A stretch of DNA of 64,000 nucleotides from a virus (IMGVR_UViG_3300042324_002009:17709-81708), one strand, 5' to 3'. Positions 31,414 through 41,611 are shown, numbered from the stretch's first letter. A program made the numbers and translations. The notes: generated from the letters alone by a model not told the origin.

Positions 31414-33941
31414 TGTCAGTAGTCATAAACCTTAAGGAAATATTCTCAACAGACAGTCAAATTGACGTCTCTAGTAAAGTAAATTTTAACTTTAATCAAC
31501 TAATTGCACTTGGTTTTGGTCAAATCGGGCTAACTGGTAACCCCGGTATACAAGGCCCAGCTGGCCCAATTGGTCCAGACGGAATTCAAGGTCCAATCGG
31601 CACTGTTATTTTTGGAGATACTCCAAGCTCAACCACTGCGCCAGCAAGTCCTCCAAGTGGAATGGTTACTGGCGATCTATTAATTACGTCAGACTCAATT
31701 ATCCGAAAAATAGTTTCAGGCACGGGCTGGGAAAAACTAACTGATTTTAATTCTCTAGTGGTAAGCGCCTTAGGTTCAAATGCTTCGCCATTTGTTAAAT
31801 TAACCGGAACCTCTAGAATAATTAAACCTAGAATTACATCAGGGTTGGATTTAACTAATGCTAGTAGCCCTGCCCCAAATTACCAAACTCCTGGATTGGG
31901 CACAAATAACCAAACAGTTCTCTATAATTTTAATGAACTTAATACAAGTTCAGTAATTATAAATGGGTCAGGTAATATTGTAATTAGCTCAAATGGTTCA
32001 AGTACAGTTTCATTTGATGCAACAAGTGGCGGTATTAATCTTACTACTAATTTAATTACCGGATTAAGTGTATCTGGCCACGGATTAGTTAATAAACAGT
32101 ATATTACATATTCAGCCGGAACTGGAACAGTAGTTGGCGGATTAACTAATTATTCAGGATACTATGTGCTATACGTTGATGACTACACTTTTAAATTATG
32201 CGATACTGAATTAGACGTTGATAATAATAACCCAAAAGACCTTACTAGTTATGGTACTGGAACTCAAACTATATTAACATATCCTTCAACTGCTGAAAAA
32301 ATATTTCCAGCAACTGCAAACTTATCACTGTATTCGGTATTTGGAAGCGCTGCTACTCAAGCAAAAGAATTTGCAAGTACAGCCAAAGGATACAGACATC
32401 AACTTGAATTAGGATCAGTTGATGCATTACCTACTGCATATAGCGGAATTGCCGGTACAACTTATGTAATTAGTCCAAGTTTCGAAAATTTAAAGGTCAA
32501 AAAATACCGAGTAGGTAGTTATAGCGGAAGTGAAGATTATCCTGGAACATATTATCTAAGAGCTGAATACGATCTATCCTCAGCTGGTGGAACTACAGCT
32601 GAATCATTTTCTCCAAGAAGAAATAGTGAGCAAATTTGGAAAATCAATAAGATTGCAACCACTCAAGCCTCAGGTCAAACCTTTGAGCTTAAATTAACCA
32701 ATTCAAATTTATTAGCAGTTAACGAAAGCGGTAGCGGAGTTAGCGTTGACGGTTTATTATTAAAGCGTGGAGTATTAGATGGAGGTGGAGGTTCTGGGTA
32801 TATTGGATTTGGATTTGACCCAAGCGATGCAACTAAAGCTAAACTCGATGCGTCCAGCGGAATTACTAAATTTTCATTTGATGGAGTCAAGCTTGAATTA
32901 AAAAACGGAACAGATTTTGCAACATTTGAAATAGATACAGCAATCTTTGATGGAGATCCGTGTTTATTAATTACTTCACCGTTTAATAAAGTTGAATCGG
33001 TTACTGGAGCATCATATGAAACAATTAGCAGTGTTAAAGTAGAAACAATCAGTGGTAGTAAAACTGAAACCATTGGCGGTAGTAAAACTGAAACTATTAC
33101 TGGTAATAAAAGTGTTACTTCTGCTGCTTCAACTCATACTGTTTCAACTGGTAATAACTATACAATCACAACAGTTAATGGAAATATCCAATTAACTTCA
33201 ACTGATTCTAGTAAATTTATTGCACTAAATAACGCAATTAAAGTACAAGCAAATCGTCTTGCACAAGGTCTACCTTTTCCAACCACTCAAGTTCCATCAG
33301 CTGATGCGAATACTCTTGATGATTATGAAGAAGGAACTTGGGGAGGAGCTGGTAATTCAAGTTTATTATATGTTAGCCGAACTTGGAACGTCGTATCAGG
33401 TATCCTTGGTTACCAAGACAGTGGCTGGCTTGATGTAACTAGCGAATATGTGTCAGGAACATCAAGTGCAATTGCTGAAAAATCTAATCAATATACTAAA
33501 ATTGGAAATCTAGTAACATTTACTGTAAACTATCTTGTCAATATTGAGTACATTTACTTAGCCACTGGCGCTGCGCCATTACCAATTGATATTGGCGGTG
33601 GAGGCGGTGGTGCCACTAGCACGTATGCTGGAGATTCCTTTGAAGCTCCATTAGGTATTAGATTGCCATTCCCTCCCAAAGCAAATTCCCCAATCAATGC
33701 GCGAGGGATTGTCTTAGGGGATTCTGCCGCCATTGGAAGTATTGAAGTAGCCCAAATTGGCGACGCTGATCCAGCCGGTTATCATATTGCTGCATTATCG
33801 TGGCTTGACGCTGATGGCCTTTCATCAGCGTTGAGTCCATATACTCCAGGGGCTGCAGTTTCAATAGGTCTAGGTGGGTCTCCAAGTCCAACTATTCAAC
33901 TTCAAATGGCAATCACCATTAGCTATTTTGCAGCCGATTAA
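31413..33941 (+). CDS. Tail fibre/spike-like protein with short collagen segment
   Basis: N-terminal VNFNFNQL, canonical Pro-containing collagen GLTGNPGIQGPAGPIGPDGIQGPIG, 8-residue ETISGSKT repeats like the gp5 beta-helix, and DANTLDDYEEGTW...YTKIGNLVT fibre-tip motif. Confidence 0.75.
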   Translation: MSVVINLKEIFSTDSQIDVSSKVNFNFNQLIALGFGQIGLTGNPGIQGPAGPIGPDGIQGPIGTVIFGDTPSSTTAPASPPSGMVTGDLLITSDSIIRKIVSGTGWEKLTDFNSLVVSALGSNASPFVKLTGTSRIIKPRITSGLDLTNASSPAPNYQTPGLGTNNQTVLYNFNELNTSSVIINGSGNIVISSNGSSTVSFDATSGGINLTTNLITGLSVSGHGLVNKQYITYSAGTGTVVGGLTNYSGYYVLYVDDYTFKLCDTELDVDNNNPKDLTSYGTGTQTILTYPSTAEKIFPATANLSLYSVFGSAATQAKEFASTAKGYRHQLELGSVDALPTAYSGIAGTTYVISPSFENLKVKKYRVGSYSGSEDYPGTYYLRAEYDLSSAGGTTAESFSPRRNSEQIWKINKIATTQASGQTFELKLTNSNLLAVNESGSGVSVDGLLLKRGVLDGGGGSGYIGFGFDPSDATKAKLDASSGITKFSFDGVKLELKNGTDFATFEIDTAIFDGDPCLLITSPFNKVESVTGASYETISSVKVETISGSKTETIGGSKTETITGNKSVTSAASTHTVSTGNNYTITTVNGNIQLTSTDSSKFIALNNAIKVQANRLAQGLPFPTTQVPSADANTLDDYEEGTWGGAGNSSLLYVSRTWNVVSGILGYQDSGWLDVTSEYVSGTSSAIAEKSNQYTKIGNLVTFTVNYLVNIEYIYLATGAAPLPIDIGGGGGGATSTYAGDSFEAPLGIRLPFPPKANSPINARGIVLGDSAAIGSIEVAQIGDADPAGYHIAALSWLDADGLSSALSPYTPGAAVSIGLGGSPSPTIQLQMAITISYFAAD

Positions 33942-34729
33942 ACTTTAAGTTTAAATGGAATCGGTTTCTTTTTTTCAAGTAGTCGATTACAGTCTAGTAA
34001 GACATTTGCATCAAAGCCGTGGCTTGGATTCATTATTTTATTTAGTAGAATAATATCTTTAGTTAAGGATATTCCATCAGATAAAACAACATGATCCGTG
34101 CCGGAAACTACAATAACATTTTTCTCAGGTTGAAAATCATTAAGCCCAGGTTTTTCAGTAAGCAATCTATCTCTAAATTCGCTATTCTTAAGCCCAGGTA
34201 AAGTCAACACAGCCTTTCGGCTAATTGAATAGCCTAAACTGCGATTACTTTTTGTATTTAAGGTATAAATTTCATAACGATCTAATTTAGTAGACTTACA
34301 AACAATATAGATCTTTTCCTGTTTATGGATATTTGTATTATTAAAATGAAAGTGCAAATTTTCAAGAACTGGAATCTGTTTTTCTAAATACTTTTGCATT
34401 ACCTCAGATAGGATTTTAGATCCCATTTTCATGATTGCCTTACCATTAGAGTCATCCGATTGGGCAAGTTGAGTTACCACATCCATTAAATGAGAGTGAG
34501 CCCTAACCACATTCAAATGTGAATCGTAGACTTTTTTATCTGCGATTATTGTATTAATATTTAGATAATGAAAAACAATTTCGTAAAAGTTTAGAAAGTC
34601 ATCCTGTAAATTAGTGAGATACTTTTTTTGTGCGTCTAGTAAGACGTACGTATAGTATTCAAGATCAACAAAGTTAGCCTGACATAGCCACATTGGGTCT
34701 AGTACAAGCTTCGGGTTTAGAGGTTTCAT
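33938..34729 (-). CDS. Hypothetical protein (263 aa)
   Basis: Lone minus-strand ORF with an ATAAATAA motif upstream (34749-34756). Stop overlaps the convergent gene's stop (TTAA). Confidence 0.7.
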   Translation of the reverse strand: MKPLNPKLVLDPMWLCQANFVDLEYYTYVLLDAQKKYLTNLQDDFLNFYEIVFHYLNINTIIADKKVYDSHLNVVRAHSHLMDVVTQLAQSDDSNGKAIMKMGSKILSEVMQKYLEKQIPVLENLHFHFNNTNIHKQEKIYIVCKSTKLDRYEIYTLNTKSNRSLGYSISRKAVLTLPGLKNSEFRDRLLTEKPGLNDFQPEKNVIVVSGTDHVVLSDGISLTKDIILLNKIMNPSHGFDANVLLDCNRLLEKKKPIPFKLKV

Positions 34730-34748
34730 TGATACCCCGATTTTATTA

Positions 34749-34790
34749 TTATTTATTTTGGGTAAAGACGTAATACTCTGCGATAAATAA
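34749..34790. promoter_or_regulatory. Divergent pair of late promoter motifs
   Basis: ATAAATAA on minus (34756-34749) and plus (34783-34790), each 16-19 nt from a start codon. Confidence 0.6.
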
Positions 34791-34806
34791 CAAAAAGATC
34801 AAATTA

Positions 34807-36870
34807 ATGCAAGTAATCGCTTACAAGATCATTCCGGAGCCAGATAAGAACTCGGTCACCTACAGTAAAAATTATAGAATTTTTTCTGCAGCTGAACCTA
34901 TCCCTGGGGCTGTGAAAATTGTAGGTTTTAGTGAATCCGTTGACCTGGGTTCGGCTTTGCCCCAATATTTGATTCGTAAGTTTAGATATTCATTTGATAT
35001 GGGCAATTGGTCACTATGGTATGAACTAGATCCAGCTGATTTAACTAATATTGAAGACTTGTTATTTAATGAAGCTGATGTATTTTTTGAAGTCAAATAT
35101 GAATATGACGATACTACCTATAATTCATTAGCTACTGCATTAACTGTTAATTTTGTAAAATTTAATATTCAAAGTACCAGTGTCTCTGAATCTTTATATA
35201 CTCCAACTGTGTATTGCTCATCTGAACGTTGCCCAGCAATTGTTGCTGAGCGCGAAGCCTCATTTAAACCATATGAAGTTGGAACTGCAATTGGAATTGC
35301 CAAAGAATTAAGTTATCAAACTACTAAAATCTTTGGGCATGAAGTTGTCTATTTTAAAACTGAACCAGACCGTACTGGCGGAGATTTTATATTTAAGGAA
35401 TGGACACTATTTGAAACAGTTGACCGTAAATGCGTAAAAGTTGTTGTACCCAATAATACTTTTCCAGATAATAAGCCCCAATTTACTGAATTTGGAATTG
35501 ATTTTGAAGTTCCGTTTGAAATTCATATTGACCATGTATACTTTCAGTCAATATTTGGACCAGGTACCCAACCTCGTAAAAGAGACTATATGTACTTTCC
35601 ATTAACTAATCGAATGTATGAAATTCAAGGTTCATATCTGTATCGTGGATTTATGATGGAGCCATTATATTGGAAAATACAGTTAACTAAATTTCATCCA
35701 AACATTGATATGTTAATGAAAGCTGGTGATCGTGTATTCCTAGACAATATTATTATTTCTAGTGATCAGCTTTTTGGTAAACAGGCAGAGGTTCAGAAAA
35801 AAGATGCTCTTGATAAACAGCAATATAAAACAATTTCCAATAGGTTTGATGAAACACGTAGATCGTTACATCCTGACTTAACTAACCGAATATTAGATCA
35901 CACATTTAATTATTCTCCATTAATTGAGTATTACTATGATATGAGCGGCGTAAAACAGGTGATTGCAAATTATACAATTGCATCAAACGGAAATTCGGAA
36001 GATCAATACTTAACCCCTGATGCTCCATATTCAGTTTATGCATATGAAGGTAGTAATATATTTAGTGCATGGCAACGTCGCCAGCTAAATACTGGAGATA
36101 CTAATATTGGGACGTCAAGCCAAGCTACTGTTAAAATGGACGGGCCTAAGGATTCATACACTGCTCTTGGTAAATATGTAGTAGTTGAAGGTTATAAAAA
36201 TTTGGCACTAAACCCAACCAAGCGCCAATCAATTACAGTTAATGCAGGTGGAGCTCTTCAATTTAAACAGTCAGAGCATGCGGTTGTATATAAAGCAGTT
36301 GCCTCAACTGATAATACTCCAAATATGACATTTAGTGCCTTAATTAAATTTAATAGGGGCACCCAGGATATCCGAATATTGGATGGATATGATAACTTAT
36401 TAAGTAAAGGATTAAGAGTAACCTGTTCACTCGTAGATAATAGTGGAATACCATATTCAACCTTCTACGTACAAATTAATGGTAGCTCTTATACTTTTAT
36501 TGTTGGTGATTTAGCCTATGATAAATGGTATTCATTAATTGTGCCAGTATCATCGCAATATGGACAATTACAACTTAACCTATATTCGTTTGGTCAAGAT
36601 CCAGCAAATATCAAGAATTTTAATAGTTTAGTTAGTGTATATACAGGATCAGCTAATCCTGGAAACTTTACATTTGTGACTGACCAAAATTGGGCACTAC
36701 CATCCGCAAATTATTCAATTGCAAATATCCGATTGTTTAATACAATGGTTCAGCCAGAAGATCATGAATTTATAGTAAGTCAATTATTCATACGAGACGA
36801 GTCTCTACTTGAACTAATTGATAATGCTCGACCTAGATTAAATGTACCATTTATTGCAATAAACAGTTAA
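34807..36870 (+). CDS. Neck/head-completion protein (T4 gp14-like core) with C-terminal LamG-like domain
   Basis: FGHEVVYF...FTEFGIDFE...PRKRDYMYFPLTNRMYEI resembles gp14 motifs. C-terminal MTFSALIKF...DKWYSL...IANIRLFN is concanavalin/LamG-like. Confidence 0.6.
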   Translation: MQVIAYKIIPEPDKNSVTYSKNYRIFSAAEPIPGAVKIVGFSESVDLGSALPQYLIRKFRYSFDMGNWSLWYELDPADLTNIEDLLFNEADVFFEVKYEYDDTTYNSLATALTVNFVKFNIQSTSVSESLYTPTVYCSSERCPAIVAEREASFKPYEVGTAIGIAKELSYQTTKIFGHEVVYFKTEPDRTGGDFIFKEWTLFETVDRKCVKVVVPNNTFPDNKPQFTEFGIDFEVPFEIHIDHVYFQSIFGPGTQPRKRDYMYFPLTNRMYEIQGSYLYRGFMMEPLYWKIQLTKFHPNIDMLMKAGDRVFLDNIIISSDQLFGKQAEVQKKDALDKQQYKTISNRFDETRRSLHPDLTNRILDHTFNYSPLIEYYYDMSGVKQVIANYTIASNGNSEDQYLTPDAPYSVYAYEGSNIFSAWQRRQLNTGDTNIGTSSQATVKMDGPKDSYTALGKYVVVEGYKNLALNPTKRQSITVNAGGALQFKQSEHAVVYKAVASTDNTPNMTFSALIKFNRGTQDIRILDGYDNLLSKGLRVTCSLVDNSGIPYSTFYVQINGSSYTFIVGDLAYDKWYSLIVPVSSQYGQLQLNLYSFGQDPANIKNFNSLVSVYTGSANPGNFTFVTDQNWALPSANYSIANIRLFNTMVQPEDHEFIVSQLFIRDESLLELIDNARPRLNVPFIAINS

Positions 36871-36878
36871 CAACACAT

Positions 36879-38231
36879 ATGTATAAAGATTTAACAAAAA
36901 GCCAGCTATTCGATAATGTAAAATTAGGATTTGAATTTGAATTCTTTTCTCCAATTTTACGTGCGGAATTAGCTGAGAAATTAACAACCATTTTAGGTAA
37001 AAAGGTAATTAGCACCAATGAGTATGGTTCAGATATTCCAGTAAGCTATGATACTTTTAAAATTGAACCTGATTTTTCAGGTGGATTTAAAATGAATGAG
37101 CTAATTACTGGCGTAATGCCGTATAATGAAGCAATTCACGTATTATATAAAGTCTTAAATTTCATTGATGAAAACGGCTTTACTACTGAAAGAACTGGAT
37201 TACACATAAACCTGTCATTAAATGAATTTGATCTTGGGCTAAATGAGCGTCTGCAAAATCTAAATGTATTTAAGTATATTCTAGGTCTTAACGAAGAGAA
37301 AATATTTGAATTATGGCCATCTGCTAAATCAAGAATTCAAAAAATTTATAAAAATTCAGTTAGCAATATTTACCCTAAAACTAAATTCTTGGCTGAGACC
37401 TCAATCGATTATGCCCGACCAAACAGTCCACTTGATTTTTTATATCCTCAATCAAAGTATTTTGGTTTAAATTTTGAAAAGTTAAATGAAGGCTATTTAG
37501 AAATTAGATATGCTGGTGGAATTGACTATCAATTAAAAAGAGCAAGCGCAACTGAATTAATTAATTATATTGCTGAATCTCTGTACAATACGCTTCAAGT
37601 AAATCACTCATATTCAATTGATGAACAAAAGAAAGTTTACGAAGTGATGAAAAAGCAGAGAGAAAATACTTTAGCTATTAAAACTTATGAAAATTTCAAA
37701 AAGAATTTTCCAGAAATAGAATTATTCATTGACTTAAGAGATGATCCGCGAATTATTGAATCTAATTATCTAAATCTTCGTGAAAAGCTATTTGACTTAA
37801 TCACTTTTGGCAAAATCAAAAAGGGCCAAGTAAATTATGATACTCAAAATAAAAGGGTTCAATTAAAAGAGTCTAAATTAGAAGAAGGCTTTGGAATTCA
37901 TGACATTGATATTATAAATTGCAAAATTGAAGCCGAAATTTCTAACTGTACTCTATATGGGTGCAAAGTTAGATCATCACATATCACTGAATGTAGAATC
38001 TTAACCAGCAATGATATTAGATATTGTCATTTAGATGATTGTTTATTTGAGAGAGGGTGTCATAACCGAATTGACTTAAGCTATATTAAGAGTTCGCCTG
38101 AAGCAATTATATATGCAGACTTAAATGAGTGTATTGTTAGATCAGGAATTATTGCACTTGATTCAAAAGTTGATAATAAAACCGAAATTCTGTCCGGTAG
38201 TGCAAAAGGCAGTAAAAATCAAATAAAATAA
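36879..38231 (+). CDS. Putative amidoligase (COOH-NH2 ligase, Amidoligase_2-like) with C-terminal Cys-rich beta-helix-like repeats
   Basis: LGFEFEF, IEPDFSGG, ELITG, TGLHINLS, KYFGLNF, YLEIRYAGG. C-terminus has INCKI/SNCTL/YGCKV/TECRI short repeats. Confidence 0.8.
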   Translation: MYKDLTKSQLFDNVKLGFEFEFFSPILRAELAEKLTTILGKKVISTNEYGSDIPVSYDTFKIEPDFSGGFKMNELITGVMPYNEAIHVLYKVLNFIDENGFTTERTGLHINLSLNEFDLGLNERLQNLNVFKYILGLNEEKIFELWPSAKSRIQKIYKNSVSNIYPKTKFLAETSIDYARPNSPLDFLYPQSKYFGLNFEKLNEGYLEIRYAGGIDYQLKRASATELINYIAESLYNTLQVNHSYSIDEQKKVYEVMKKQRENTLAIKTYENFKKNFPEIELFIDLRDDPRIIESNYLNLREKLFDLITFGKIKKGQVNYDTQNKRVQLKESKLEEGFGIHDIDIINCKIEAEISNCTLYGCKVRSSHITECRILTSNDIRYCHLDDCLFERGCHNRIDLSYIKSSPEAIIYADLNECIVRSGIIALDSKVDNKTEILSGSAKGSKNQIK

Positions 38232-38250
38232 TGAATGGATCTGAAAGTTA

Positions 38251-38258
38251 ATAAATAA
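38251..38258 (+). promoter_or_regulatory. Late promoter motif ATAAATAA
   Basis: 20 nt upstream of the ATG at 38279. Confidence 0.65.
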
Positions 38259-38278
38259 CTGAAATCCTTTAACCGAAA

Positions 38279-41200
38279 ATGGCAGTACAACTAAAAATCT
38301 CAAGTATTAAATCAATCAATGGTTCAAGTTTAAATACCATCATTGATTTGTCTAATTTCAACTTTAGCACAATTAAATCAGCAATTGATGAATTCTTAAC
38401 CTCAATTAATTATTCTCAAGTAGATGGTGAGATTGCAGTTGATATTCAAGGAATCTCAACCAATTCAATTATTATCAGAAATGGTTTAACTGTATATGGT
38501 ACTCAACAACAAAATGGCAGCTATCCTGAAGTAATTAAAATGTATCCAACTGGTGCAATCACTGCAAAGAACGTTGTAGTTGAAGATGTACTTGAAGGAA
38601 AACGTCTTAGACTTAAGGTGTATGGAGTACTTCCACCAACTGCTGTTCCTGGTGAAATTGTTTATATTACTGCGCAGAATGGAAGAGTTGAAGGTTTTTA
38701 TGGATATTTACAGTCGACTGGTTGGTGTTTACTTAGCTGCGGCGGAACTGGCGAAGGTATTTGTACAGCATCGGTTACTAGGTCAGTTACTCCAAATGTA
38801 ATATCTGGAGATGGAGAATTATTATCACCTGGTCTATTACCAATACCTGCACCAATTGCAACAACCATGTACTTATTATTTGTTAATGGTCATCAAATAA
38901 CTATTGGAGATGGAGATATTAGCGCCAGTGCCTATTTTAGTAAAGATGGTGGAGTTACTGCAACTATATACGCTCAAGTCGATGTGACTGACGAACTTTA
39001 TTGGAACACAACCTCTGCTGGTTATGGATTAGATAGCGGAGACTTTGTTACCTTAATGTATTCAACAGTTGATGCAAATTGTGCTGGAGCAAATGGTACT
39101 ATTTGTATAACTAATATTTTAACTGCAGGTAATACTGAGTCAGTATTTGCTCAAGTTGGAGTTGATGTTATTATGGAGGATCCAGCTTCAGCTAATTGCC
39201 CAATTACTGTGTGCACTTTACCAATTCCAACAATTGAGCCAGAGGGAATTGATTTACCATATGGATATTTTTTAACTAATTCAGTTTTGGCTTTTGATAT
39301 TTCTACTAGCTGCGCAGGTTGTGCACTTATTGGATTTGGATTACCTCAAACAATGACTGAAACTGAATTTGATTCAGTTAGAATTTTTGAAGAAATTAGC
39401 GGAGTTTATACAGACGTTACTATTTTAACTGGACCGTATGCTCCAAATTATTCTACTCGTACAATTTATGCAGAGATTTGCGATTTTGGAGCATTTTATT
39501 TGATACCAGTAGACTCAGCGATACCAACTACAACTACGACAACTGCTGCGCCTACTACCACTACTACTGCTGCTCCAACTACCACTACTACAACTGCGGC
39601 GGCAACCACTACTACAACGGCTGCACCTACTACTAGTACAACAACCGCTGCACCTACTACTAGTACAACAACCGCTGCTCCGACTACTAGTACAACAACG
39701 GTTGAGCCTACGACTACAACAACGGTTGAGCCTACGACTACAACAACTATTGAGCCTACGACTACAACTACCACAACTAGAGTTGACCCTACTACTACAA
39801 CAACTGAGGCTCCGACTACTAGTACAACAACTGTTGCTGAAACTACTAGTACAACAACAGTAGGTGAAAGAACTACCACTACTACAACTAGGTCAGGCGA
39901 AATAACTACAACTACCACAATTAGTTGTGATGGATTTATTGCAACTATTAATGGACCTGGTCCATTTGATATAATACTAGATGGCTTTGATGGAATTGGA
40001 TATACAATTACACAAGATGGCTCAGATATTACATCCGGTACTCTACCGGATTCTTTACCTGGAATCGGATTAGCAATTGAAAAGCTTTTAACAATTACGT
40101 TAGCGAATGGATGCGTATTTACCTATGCATTTGACGAAGGTTTAGGGACTTGGGAGTTATTTACTGGATCAACTACTACAACGACAACTGAGGCTGCAAC
40201 TACTAGTACCACAACTGCCGCTCCTGAGCCAGCTACAACCACAACAACGGTAGCTCCTACTACAACAACAACAACTGAGGCTTCAACTACGAGTACCACA
40301 ACTAAGGCTGAACCTACTACAACTACAACAACACTGACGGAAATATTTAGAAGTATAAATTGCGAAACTTCAACTGTTATAAATATTGACTTTACTACAA
40401 TATTAGCAATAACTCCAGAAATTGGACAAGTTTATTACTTAACATTTGACGACAGTAGCGAGGGTTGTTATACAATATTGTCAAGTGCTACTGGAACTGC
40501 TAATCGTATTGCAAATACAGCAAGCGATCCTATTGCTGACTGTATGAGCTGTCTACCAACTACAACTACAACAACAATAGCCCCTACTACAACTACCACA
40601 ACTGAACCAATATCCGAACCTACGACTACTACAACACTAGAGCCTGGGCTTACCACTACTACAACCGCTGAACCTAGGCCTACAACTAGTACAACAACGG
40701 TTGAACCTACAACTAGTACAACAACGGTTGAACCTACAACTAGTACAACAACGGTTGAACCTACAACTAGTACAACAACGGTTGAGCCTACTACAACTAC
40801 CACAACAACGGTTGAGCCTACTACAACTACCACAACTGAACCAATATCCGAACCTACGACTACTACAACAACGGTTGAACCTACAACTACTACAACAACT
40901 AGAGTTGACCCTACTACAACTACCACAACTGAACCAATATCCGAACCTACGACTACTACAACAACGGTTGAGCCTACTACAACTACCACAACTGAACCAA
41001 TATCCGAACCTACGACTACTACAACAACGGTTGAGCCTACAACTAGTACAACAACTAGAGTTGACCCTACTACAACTACAACAACGGTTGAGCCTACAAC
41101 TAGTACAACAACGGTTGAGCCTACAACTAGTACAACAACAATAGCCCCTACTACAACTAGTACAACAACGGTTGAACCTACAACTAGTACAACAACAATA

Positions 41201-41572
41201 GCCCCTACTACAACTAGTACAACAACCGTTGAGCCTGAATTTGAAACTACTACAACCACAACAGCTGAGCCTACAACTACCACTACAACGGTATTTGATG
41301 GAGAAGTTACAACTACGACTACCGCAAATCCTTGCAACTGTGTATCCGTTGAAAATACAATGGATGGACCAAACGACTTTGACTATACAGACTGTGACGG
41401 TAATTTACAAATGACTCAAATTGCAGCATTTACTACAGTTAGTTTATGTGTACTTAGCTATCCGGATAATGCAATATTTAATGTTACCCCAAGCGGAAGT
41501 TGTGCATTTAATGGAGAAATTTGGAGTTGCGTAATTGGTGAAACTACTACAACTACAACAAGGCGACCATAA
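38279..41572 (+). CDS. Mucin-like Thr-tract protein with Cys-rich modules (putative virion surface protein)
   Basis: N-terminal SNFNF helix, globular domains, and three poly-Thr/PTTSTTTVE tracts separated by small Cys-containing domains. Has a late promoter. Confidence 0.8.
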   Translation: MAVQLKISSIKSINGSSLNTIIDLSNFNFSTIKSAIDEFLTSINYSQVDGEIAVDIQGISTNSIIIRNGLTVYGTQQQNGSYPEVIKMYPTGAITAKNVVVEDVLEGKRLRLKVYGVLPPTAVPGEIVYITAQNGRVEGFYGYLQSTGWCLLSCGGTGEGICTASVTRSVTPNVISGDGELLSPGLLPIPAPIATTMYLLFVNGHQITIGDGDISASAYFSKDGGVTATIYAQVDVTDELYWNTTSAGYGLDSGDFVTLMYSTVDANCAGANGTICITNILTAGNTESVFAQVGVDVIMEDPASANCPITVCTLPIPTIEPEGIDLPYGYFLTNSVLAFDISTSCAGCALIGFGLPQTMTETEFDSVRIFEEISGVYTDVTILTGPYAPNYSTRTIYAEICDFGAFYLIPVDSAIPTTTTTTAAPTTTTTAAPTTTTTTAAATTTTTAAPTTSTTTAAPTTSTTTAAPTTSTTTVEPTTTTTVEPTTTTTIEPTTTTTTTRVDPTTTTTEAPTTSTTTVAETTSTTTVGERTTTTTTRSGEITTTTTISCDGFIATINGPGPFDIILDGFDGIGYTITQDGSDITSGTLPDSLPGIGLAIEKLLTITLANGCVFTYAFDEGLGTWELFTGSTTTTTTEAATTSTTTAAPEPATTTTTVAPTTTTTTEASTTSTTTKAEPTTTTTTLTEIFRSINCETSTVINIDFTTILAITPEIGQVYYLTFDDSSEGCYTILSSATGTANRIANTASDPIADCMSCLPTTTTTTIAPTTTTTTEPISEPTTTTTLEPGLTTTTTAEPRPTTSTTTVEPTTSTTTVEPTTSTTTVEPTTSTTTVEPTTTTTTTVEPTTTTTTEPISEPTTTTTTVEPTTTTTTRVDPTTTTTTEPISEPTTTTTTVEPTTTTTTEPISEPTTTTTTVEPTTSTTTRVDPTTTTTTVEPTTSTTTVEPTTSTTTIAPTTTSTTTVEPTTSTTTIAPTTTSTTTVEPEFETTTTTTAEPTTTTTTVFDGEVTTTTTANPCNCVSVENTMDGPNDFDYTDCDGNLQMTQIAAFTTVSLCVLSYPDNAIFNVTPSGSCAFNGEIWSCVIGETTTTTTRRP
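39520..41325 (+). repeat. Thr-tract coding repeats (ACW/ACT codon runs; 27-nt VEPTTSTTT units)
   Basis: Tandem CCTACAACTAGTACAACAACGGTTGAA units from 40679, and repeated ACTGAACCAATATCCGAACCTACGACTACTACAACA cassettes. Confidence 0.9.
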
Positions 41573-41578
41573 CTTACC

Positions 41579-41606
41579 TAAACTCTATTAAGGTAGTTAG
41601 TATAAT
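41579..41606 (+). promoter_or_regulatory. Putative early/middle promoter TAAAC-N17-TATAAT for the glycosyltransferase (leaderless geometry)
   Basis: TAAAC 41579-41583, TATAAT 41601-41606, ATG at 41612. Confidence 0.7.
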
Positions 41607-41611
41607 TTATT

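Noticed and set aside
39496-41337. Poly-Val minus-strand ORFs resembling membrane proteins
   Set aside because: Reverse complement of Thr codon runs in the mucin-like gene.
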